Assembly (NCBI GenBank): GCA_963772005.1
Contig: CAVYVS010000026.1
Coordinates: 69,380-93,379 of the forward strand
Source: an uncultured Nitrososphaerota archaeon
GTDB lineage: Archaea; Thermoproteota; Nitrososphaeria; Conexivisphaerales; DTJL01
Direction of reading: 5' to 3'
Length of the DNA: 24,000 nt
Position numbers and translations under genes: made by a program. Below are positions 17,681 through 24,000 of the stretch, one piece after another. The notes below the pieces were generated by a model. It was given only the letters and a program-made list of their open reading frames with translations. It had not been told where the DNA came from and made no database searches. How positions within the stretch are numbered: position 1 is the stretch's first letter; each line of letters starts with the position of its first letter.

Positions 17681-18667
17681 CTACGGTGTGGCGCGCATGG
17701 TGCGCTTGAGAGACTGCAGGATCCTAATCCTCTTGACGATGTTGGGGTGAGTCGAGAAGAGCTCGAAGACCCTCTCGCTTTCAGAGATCTTCCTGTTGGC
17801 TACTTGGTTTATGAGGTCCTGTTCGCTGTAGGCGTACTGCGGGGCGCTCCTCGAAGACGTGTCGGGATCGATTATCAGGAGGCTCTTGAATCCCATGGCC
17901 TGAGACGATGGGGAACCGCGGCGCGAACCTTGCGACATTCCACGCCGGCCGTACAGGTCGAGCTTGGCCAGGGCCGAGGATAGCTTGTCGGCGCCGTCTT
18001 CTACCACCTCCGCTCCGTGCCTATCCGCATAGAGCTCCCTCTCTCTGCTCAGCCCCAAGACGAGGACGTTCAGGATGAAGTAGGCCACTAGGGCGAGGGC
18101 GCCGACGGCCACCGCCGAGCCCCCACCGTTCCTGGAATTGCTCGACGGCGCACCCCACATGAGGGACAGGGCGACATAGTAGAAGATGGCCGGCAAGACC
18201 GATACGAACATCATTATTTGGACGTCTCTGTGTCGGAGGTGGCCCAACTCGTGGCCGAGCACTGCTTCGACCTCGCCCGGCTCCAGGGTGTTGAGGAGGC
18301 CCTGGGTCACGCAGACCCTGCTTCCGGTCAATGGAGAGCCATATGCAAAGGCGTTGGGGGCCGGTATCGGAGATAGCATCAGCTTCGGCACCTTCAGGCC
18401 AGCCTTCTGGGCGATCCTCTCGAGCATTCCGTGAACCTCATTCATCTGCCCCTCGGGTACCTCCTTCACCTTGTACATGGCGCTCACGAGATAGGGCCCG
18501 ATGAGCCACTGAATCAGGCTGAAAGCTACCACCAGCACGAGCATGGTGATGATGTCGAAGACTCCCAAGTAGGTCAGCACGATTGCAAGGAAGAGGGTCG
18601 AAGCCCCAATCACCAAGGTGACCGTTCCGAGCATCGTCAGCCTGAGTCTCCAAAGGCTGTAGTCCAA
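17681..18667 (-). CDS. htpX: HtpX-like M48 family membrane zinc metalloprotease
   Basis: VLGHELGHLRHRDVQIM (HExxH), N-terminal transmembrane pair, SRERELYADRHGAE. The called ORF starts at 18757, but a TATA-like ATTTAAAT at 18703-18710 supports a start near TTG 18667 or ATG 18634. Confidence 0.87.
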   Translation of the reverse strand: MDYSLWRLRLTMLGTVTLVIGASTLFLAIVLTYLGVFDIITMLVLVVAFSLIQWLIGPYLVSAMYKVKEVPEGQMNEVHGMLERIAQKAGLKVPKLMLSPIPAPNAFAYGSPLTGSRVCVTQGLLNTLEPGEVEAVLGHELGHLRHRDVQIMMFVSVLPAIFYYVALSLMWGAPSSNSRNGGGSAVAVGALALVAYFILNVLVLGLSRERELYADRHGAEVVEDGADKLSSALAKLDLYGRRGMSQGSRRGSPSSQAMGFKSLLIIDPDTSSRSAPQYAYSEQDLINQVANRKISESERVFELFSTHPNIVKRIRILQSLKRTMRATP

Positions 18668-18811
18668 GCTAAGCACCTCTAGACCGTCCGTAGGCGTGAC
18701 AGATTTAAATGTAGCGCCGAGGTCAACTTCGGCCCACCGTTTCGAGAGCGAGAGCATCGAGCGGTTAGTTTAAGAGATTCACGGCGAGAAAGCTGTGAGA
18801 GCGAAACGAGA

Positions 18812-20215
18812 ATGGGAGCCCAATTCAGGGTCGAAAAGGACTACCTAGGCCCGGTGAACGTTCCCTACGACGCGTATTATGGTGTGCAGACGGCAAGGGC
18901 GGCGGACAACTTCAAGATTAGCGGTGTCAGGGCCCACCCCCTGTTCCTGCGCACCTCCGCCCTGGTCAAGTGGGCGGCCGCCGTGGGGAACATGAAGGCG
19001 GGGACCCTTGAAAGGCAGAAGGGAGATGCCATCTGCAGGGCCGCGGAGGAGATCTATTCCGGAAACTTCCTCGATCAATTCGTCGTAGATGTGTTCCAGG
19101 CGGGGGCTGGCACCTCCCACGACATGAACGTCAACGAAGTCATCGCCAACAGGGCCATCGAGCTTCTGGGCGGCAGGAAGGGCCAGTACTCGGTCGTGCA
19201 TCCGAACGATGACGTGAACATGGGCCAGTCCACAAACGACTTCATCCCAACGGTCATAAGGGTCACAACGCTGCTCCTCATGAGAGACCTCCTAGTGGAG
19301 CTGGACTCGCTATGTCTGGCCTTAGGCGACCTGGCTGCGAAGTTCAATTCTCACGTGAAGCCCGGCCGCACCCACCTCATGGATGCGGCACCGGTGAGGT
19401 ACGGCCAGGTCTTCGAAGGATGGAGGAGGACCCTCACCAAGGACGGCGAAAGGCTCCGGCGAGCCGGGGACATGCTTACCGAGCTGAACCTTGGGGCGTC
19501 GGCCGTCGGCACAGGGGTTAACGCGGAACCGAAGTATGTGGATGAAGCACTGCGGTTCCTTTCCACCAAGACCGGCTTCCAGTTTCGCAGCCCAGCTTCC
19601 TTCATCGATGTGACGCACTCCATGTCGGACATGCTGTGGGCGTCCTCTTCGTTGAAGGTGCTGGCGGTGGACGTTTCGAAGATCTGTAACGACCTGCGCC
19701 TTATGAACTCCGGACCCCTCACCGGGTTCGGTGAGGTGACGCTGCCGGCAGTCCAGCCTGGGTCCTCCATAATGCCGGGGAAGGTGAACCCGGTGATAGC
19801 TGAATGCATGAACATGATCTGCTTCCACGTCATGGGTAGCGAAAGGGCTGTCGAGGAAGCCGCACACGCCGGCCAAATGGAGCTCAACGTGATGATGCCC
19901 CTCATCGCCTACGAACTCACAACCTCCCTCGAAATCATGAAGAACGGCCTCAAGATGCTCAGGGAGAAGCTCCTCCTTGGCATCGAAATCGACGTCGAGA
20001 AAGAGAGGCGCCTTGTGGAGACGAGCTCGGGAATAGCCCTAGCCCTCAACCCCTACCTCGGGTTTGATCGGACCGCCGAGATAGTGAAGGAGGCGATGAA
20101 ACGGGGAATCTCGGTGCGCCAGGTCATCAGCGAGAAGAAGCTGATGTCGGAGGAAGCGCTGGACAGGGTCCTGGACCCGTTCAGGATCACCCAAAGGGGC
20201 ATAGTCAGGGACTAG
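18812..20215 (+). CDS. Aspartase / class II fumarase superfamily enzyme, probably aspartate ammonia-lyase
   Basis: 467 aa; QAGAGTSHDMNVNEVIANRAIE, HPNDDVNMGQSTNDFIPT, GRTHLMDAAPV, signature GSSIMPGKVNPVIAE. Substrate cannot be fixed from sequence alone. Confidence 0.88.
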   Translation: MGAQFRVEKDYLGPVNVPYDAYYGVQTARAADNFKISGVRAHPLFLRTSALVKWAAAVGNMKAGTLERQKGDAICRAAEEIYSGNFLDQFVVDVFQAGAGTSHDMNVNEVIANRAIELLGGRKGQYSVVHPNDDVNMGQSTNDFIPTVIRVTTLLLMRDLLVELDSLCLALGDLAAKFNSHVKPGRTHLMDAAPVRYGQVFEGWRRTLTKDGERLRRAGDMLTELNLGASAVGTGVNAEPKYVDEALRFLSTKTGFQFRSPASFIDVTHSMSDMLWASSSLKVLAVDVSKICNDLRLMNSGPLTGFGEVTLPAVQPGSSIMPGKVNPVIAECMNMICFHVMGSERAVEEAAHAGQMELNVMMPLIAYELTTSLEIMKNGLKMLREKLLLGIEIDVEKERRLVETSSGIALALNPYLGFDRTAEIVKEAMKRGISVRQVISEKKLMSEEALDRVLDPFRITQRGIVRD

Positions 20216-20218
20216 GCC

Positions 20219-21356
20219 CTATACCTTCCAGTCTATGTCGACCGTCTCCTTGCGCACGAAGACGGTCACGAGCCCCCAGATCATGGCGGCAAGCCACAGC
20301 GGGGAGTAGATCACATAGTAGATGATGAAGTAGACAGGCCTGAAACTGTACCCGAGTTTCCTAGCGAAGACGAGATAGACTGCGGCGTAGCCTAGGAGGC
20401 CCACCAGCAATGCCAACCCCAGACTGAAGAGGTTGGGGAGGGCGCTATAGGGGATGAAAGCGGGGAGGAATATGGGGAAGGAGCGCGACGAGAGTGAAAT
20501 CAGGGCCAGGGCGAATATGTCCCAGGTGGCCATGTTCTTGAACGTCAGGCTGGAACATGGCGCTGATGACCGTGGGGAAGATCATGAGGAGGGCCGTGCC
20601 GAAGATTCCGGGATGCTTCTTCAGGGCGGAGAAGAGAGGCCTGTAGTTGTCGTGGAACCAGAGGGCGGTCCCATAGGACCACCTCTTACGCTGGGCCCAC
20701 CAGGCCTTCAGGGTTGAGGGGGAAAAGGTGTCGACCTGTATGTCCTCCGCATACTTGAAGTTCAGGTCCTTCAGGTAGGCCCTCAGGCCAAGGTCGAGGT
20801 CCTCAGAGACGACGGTCCTGAACCCGTCTATCCTTTCGTAGGCCTCCCTGGTGATGGCGAAGCCGGCCCCGTTTACGCCGAGGGTCTTCTTCATCCTCTT
20901 CGACATCAGCCAGTTGGCGGCGTTGAACCCCACGTACTCGTAGTAGACGATGTTCGAGAGGAGCCCCTCGACGACGACGCTCTTCTTCATCTCCAGCATG
21001 TCGTACCCGCGTATCTCGGAGGCCGTCCTGGTCACCAGGTCGGCCGTCTTGATGACGATGTCCGCGTCGAGGAAGATCAGCACGTCGCCGGTCGAGGAAC
21101 GAAAGCAGTCGTCGATGGCGTTTACCTTCCCCCTTCGCCGATCGCTGAGCCTGAACTGGACGTCGCGGCCGTACTTCTTGACCAGTTCGAGGGAGGAGGG
21201 CGACGCCTCGTCGATTGCTACGATAATCTCCTTTTTCGGATAGGAGTCGGCAACGAGCTTCTGCACAGTGTCGTCCAGTGTTTTGGAGGATCTCAGAACC
21301 GGTACTATGACCGAGACCCTGGGTGCTGCAGACAGCTCGGCATCGGCTATGGGCAT
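20219..21356 (-). CDS. Membrane-associated family 2 glycosyltransferase (hyaluronan/cellulose synthase-like), split by an apparent +1 frameshift near 20552-20553
   Basis: RVSVIVPVLRSSKTLDDTVQKLVADSYPKKEIIVAID, DVLIFLDADI, SEDLDLGLRAY, WWAQRKRW (QxxRW), then C-terminal transmembrane segments in the other frame (MATWDIFALALISLSSRSFPIFLPAF...). TATA-like TTTTAAAC/TTATAC at 21388-21400 favours ATG 21356 over 21380. Confidence 0.82.
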
Positions 21357-21682
21357 GCCCTTGGTAACCCAACGGGCCACTGACGAGTTTAAAAGTATAA
21401 CGGAGTGAGTTTGTGTCTATCCTCGGCCTAGGGTCCTCAAAAGGCGCATGCCGATGGTCCAGTGAATCTAGCGGCTGACCCACAAACGCGCAACTTCCAG
21501 GACCCCTGCGTGCGGGGAGTGGCTCGGTGATCCCGAAAGGGGATGGCGCAGGGTAGGTGGAGTTCCGCAGTTTCACACGTGCAATGCAAGGATGGACGGA
21601 GGGGTGGAGGGCGGGCGCAACAGAGCCTGGACGGAATCACTCTGAACCCTTAAATCAGCTCATCCGGAGTCAAGGGCGTCGA

Positions 21683-22705
21683 ATGCCCGGCATTGAGGGC
21701 AAGCGGCCCAAGGCCATGGTTCTCCTTTCGGGCGGGCTAGACAGCACGCTAGCTCTCACCATGATGAAGGAGATGGGAATAGAGGTGGTCGCGGTGAGCT
21801 TCAAGACGCCATTCTGCAACTTCGATTGCGGAAGCGGAGCCTGCGGAGCGAAGATCGGGGACACCACCTTGAAGTACGGAGTCGAATGGAAGCCTGTGAG
21901 CCTGGGCGAGGAGTACCTGGAGATAGTCAGGAAGCCCCGACACGGCTACGGAAGCGGAATGAATCCCTGCGTCGACTGCCGCGTGATGATGTATACCCGG
22001 GCACGGGAGATGATGAAGGAGCTGGGTGCAGACTTCATAGTTACGGGGGAGGTCGTGGGCCAGAGGCCCATGAGCCAGAACCGCCAAGCCCTGAGCATTA
22101 TCGAGAGGGAGTCGGGCCTCGAAGGCCTGATACTCAGACCGCTGTCGGCCCAGCTGATGGAGCCCACCATCCCTGAGAAGGAGGGATGGGTGGACAGATC
22201 GAAGCTCCTGGCCGTGGAAGGAAGAAGTAGAAGGACCCAAATCCAAATGGCCAAGGCAATAGGTTGGAAAGAGTACCCAAACCCATCGGGCGGCTGTCTT
22301 CTTACGGAAAAGGGGTTCTCCCGCCGCCTGAGCGACCTCTTTAGCCATGAGAGGCATCCCGACCAGAACGACATCGACCTCTTGAAAGTGGGCCGACACC
22401 TGCGCCTCAACGGAACATCGAAGCTGGTGGTGGGCAGGGACGTGCTCGAGAACAGCGAAATCTCGCAACTCGCCAGAGGGACGGATTCGTTGGTCGAGGT
22501 CGAGAAGATCCCGGGCCCTGTAGGCCTGTTGAGGGGGGCCTACGGGGAGCCGGAGATCGAGAGGGCCGCCTCCATCGTAGCCCGCTACAGTGACGCCCCT
22601 AAGGGCGCTGCCGCTACGGTCCACTGCAAGGGCGCGTCGGGCGAGGCCCGCTCCCTCTCAGTGGTTCCGCTGGCTGAGGCCGAAGTAGCCCGGCTCATCC
22701 TCTGA
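21683..22705 (+). CDS. PP-loop ATPase of the ThiI/MnmA-like tRNA thiolation group
   Basis: MVLLSGGLDSTLALTMM (SGGxDS PP-loop), FCNFDCGSGACGAKIG, NPCVDCRVMMYTRAREMMKELGADFIVTGEVVGQRPMSQN. ATG 21683 lies 27-34 nt after TTAAATC; the called start at 21557 includes a non-conserved-looking extension. Confidence 0.8.
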   Translation: MPGIEGKRPKAMVLLSGGLDSTLALTMMKEMGIEVVAVSFKTPFCNFDCGSGACGAKIGDTTLKYGVEWKPVSLGEEYLEIVRKPRHGYGSGMNPCVDCRVMMYTRAREMMKELGADFIVTGEVVGQRPMSQNRQALSIIERESGLEGLILRPLSAQLMEPTIPEKEGWVDRSKLLAVEGRSRRTQIQMAKAIGWKEYPNPSGGCLLTEKGFSRRLSDLFSHERHPDQNDIDLLKVGRHLRLNGTSKLVVGRDVLENSEISQLARGTDSLVEVEKIPGPVGLLRGAYGEPEIERAASIVARYSDAPKGAAATVHCKGASGEARSLSVVPLAEAEVARLIL

Positions 22706-22775
22706 TCCATCGGGTGATTCGATGGACCTCCCGGGCGAGGTCCTTCTCCCGACTCGGCCTTAATGGCTCACAAAT

Positions 22776-22782
22776 CTTATAT
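22776..22782 (+). promoter_or_regulatory. Putative TATA box for the small AsnC/Lrp-type ligand-binding protein
   Basis: CTTATAT about 28 nt upstream of ATG 22810. Confidence 0.5.
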
Positions 22783-22809
22783 CACCCCTGCGCCACATCA
22801 CTGTTCAGC

Positions 22810-23040
22810 ATGCCAATCGCTTTCGTGTTGCTAAATGTTGAGCCGGGGGGCGAAGACGAGGTTTTGCAGTCCCTCAAGACCATCCCGGAGGTCAGGGAGG
22901 CCTATCGCGTTTATGGCGTCTATGACACGGTAGTCAAGATTGAGGCCAATACGGCTGAGAAGCTGAAGGAATTGATCACCTGGAAGGTCAGGCGCCTCAA
23001 CAAGGTGCGCTCTACGCTAACCATGCTGGCCGTCGAATAG
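22810..23040 (+). CDS. Stand-alone AsnC/Lrp ligand-binding (RAM/SAM) domain protein without HTH
   Basis: 76 aa; MPIAFVLLNVEPGGEDEVLQSLKTIPEVREAYRVYGVYDTVVKIEANTAEKLKELITWKVRRLNKVRSTLTMLAVE. Confidence 0.87.
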   Translation: MPIAFVLLNVEPGGEDEVLQSLKTIPEVREAYRVYGVYDTVVKIEANTAEKLKELITWKVRRLNKVRSTLTMLAVE

Positions 23041-23125
23041 CCTAACATCGCCGCGACCGAGACGCCGATTCGGCCCCACAGATGCCGAAATCTTTAAGCG
23101 GAGTCAACAAACCATCCCTCTGGGC

Positions 23126-24000
23126 ATGAACATTAGAGAGGAAGGCCTTCAGGTCTATTCGTTTAAGGAAGCGTCGACGCTGGGGCTGACCAAGTTCGAG
23201 CTGGGCGGGAAGGGCTATGGATTGGTGGAGATGACCAAGTTGGGCCTCCCCGTCCCTCCAGGAATCGTAGTCACGACTGGCATGTGCAAGGAGTATTTCA
23301 AGGCTGGGAAGAAGTTCCCGCCAGGCTTCGAAGCCAAGGTGGAAGAGAAGCTGAAGGAATTGGAAGCCCTTACCGGGAAGAGGTTCGGCGATCCAAAGAA
23401 CCCGCTCCTGGTATCGGTCAGGTCCGGCGCGCCGTTCTCGATGCCGGGGATGATGGACACGATCCTGAACCTCGGCATGAGCGACAAGACATCCGAGGAC
23501 CTTGCTAGGATCACCGGCGATCCACGATTCGCGTTCGACACCTACAGGCGCTTCCTCCAGCTCTTCGGCAAGATCGTCCTCAAGGTCCCCGGCGAGGAAT
23601 TCGAGAAAATCATCGGAGAGGCCAAGGTGAAGGCCGGCGTCGAGACCGACATCGAGGTCCCGGCGGACTCTTGGAAAGAGGTCTGCCAGAGGTTCAAGGC
23701 CCTCATTAAGGAGAGGTCCGGGCGGGACGTCCCGCAGGCGCCCGTTGAGCAGCTCTTCATGTCCGTGGCCGCTGTCTTCGATTCATGGTACAACCCGAGG
23801 GCGTCTGAGTATCGGAAGATATACAAGATATCCGAAGAGCTCGGGACCGCCGTAAGCATCGTCCTCATGGTCTACGGAAACATGGACGACAGATCGGCAA
23901 CCGGGGTCGCCTTCACTCGAAACCCTTCCACCGGGGAGAACAAGATCTACGGCGAGTATCTGGTGAAGGCCCAGGGCGAAGATGTGGTGGCAGGGATCAG
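23126..24000 (+). CDS. ppdK: Pyruvate, phosphate dikinase, N-terminal part (3' truncated by window)
   Basis: MNIREEGLQVYSFKEASTLGLTKFELGGKGYGLVEMTKLGLPVPPGIVVTTGMCKEYF...VSVRSGAPFSMPGMMDTILNLGM...VYGNMDDRSATGVAFTRNPSTGENKIYGEYLVKAQGEDVVAGI; open to window end. Confidence 0.94.
   Translation, partial: MNIREEGLQVYSFKEASTLGLTKFELGGKGYGLVEMTKLGLPVPPGIVVTTGMCKEYFKAGKKFPPGFEAKVEEKLKELEALTGKRFGDPKNPLLVSVRSGAPFSMPGMMDTILNLGMSDKTSEDLARITGDPRFAFDTYRRFLQLFGKIVLKVPGEEFEKIIGEAKVKAGVETDIEVPADSWKEVCQRFKALIKERSGRDVPQAPVEQLFMSVAAVFDSWYNPRASEYRKIYKISEELGTAVSIVLMVYGNMDDRSATGVAFTRNPSTGENKIYGEYLVKAQGEDVVAGI

Noticed and set aside
17681-18757. HtpX plus thermosome as a dedicated stress-response system
   Set aside because: The genes are convergent with an apparent terminator between them; both are ordinary archaeal proteostasis genes and adjacency alone does not support a system.
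20803-21576. 257-aa minus-strand ORF overlapping the GT2 gene
   Set aside because: Shifted-frame shadow of the glycosyltransferase (Arg-rich, no family motifs); the GT2 motifs are all in the other frame.
21749-22624. 291-aa antisense ORF over the PP-loop gene
   Set aside because: No recognisable motif; composition typical of GC-rich antisense shadow ORFs, and the PP-loop gene is well supported.
1-24000. Possible CRISPR array, transposase, integrase, phage genes or defence island
   Set aside because: No regularly spaced repeats, no terminal inverted repeats noticed and no recognisable Cas, transposase, recombinase, restriction or toxin-antitoxin proteins in the six-frame track.

Overview
This is a gene-dense window of archaeal housekeeping genes; no CRISPR array, transposon, integrase, phage module or toxin-antitoxin locus was found. 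The archaeal assignment rests on aIF2-alpha, Nop10, AglB/STT3, thermosome, Dpo4-like polymerase, CofE and TATA-type promoters. In order: aIF2-alpha C-terminus (partial) and Nop10; aglB/STT3; gcvT-gcvH; cofE; a divergent pair of DUF72 proteins; metG; trxB; a Y-family DNA polymerase; tRNA-Leu(UAG) with encoded CCA; two divergent MFS transporters; a tight minus-strand cluster of class I fumarase alpha and beta, a JAMM-domain protein and type 4 uracil-DNA glycosylase; thermosome; HtpX-like M48 protease; an aspartase/class II fumarase family enzyme; a membrane GT2 glycosyltransferase; a PP-loop tRNA-thiolation-like enzyme; a stand-alone AsnC/Lrp ligand-binding domain; and a truncated pyruvate, phosphate dikinase. 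The most notable signal is that four otherwise intact conserved genes (metG, trxB, thermosome, GT2) are each split by an apparent single extra base in a short G/C run. All four need the same +1 shift. Assembly or sequencing insertion error is the leading explanation, but recoding is testable. I see no convincing new defence or mobile system. Lower-interest leads are a possibly structured intergenic region before the PP-loop gene, a shared palindromic TATA between gcvT and cofE, and the JAMM-UDG-fumarase cluster.
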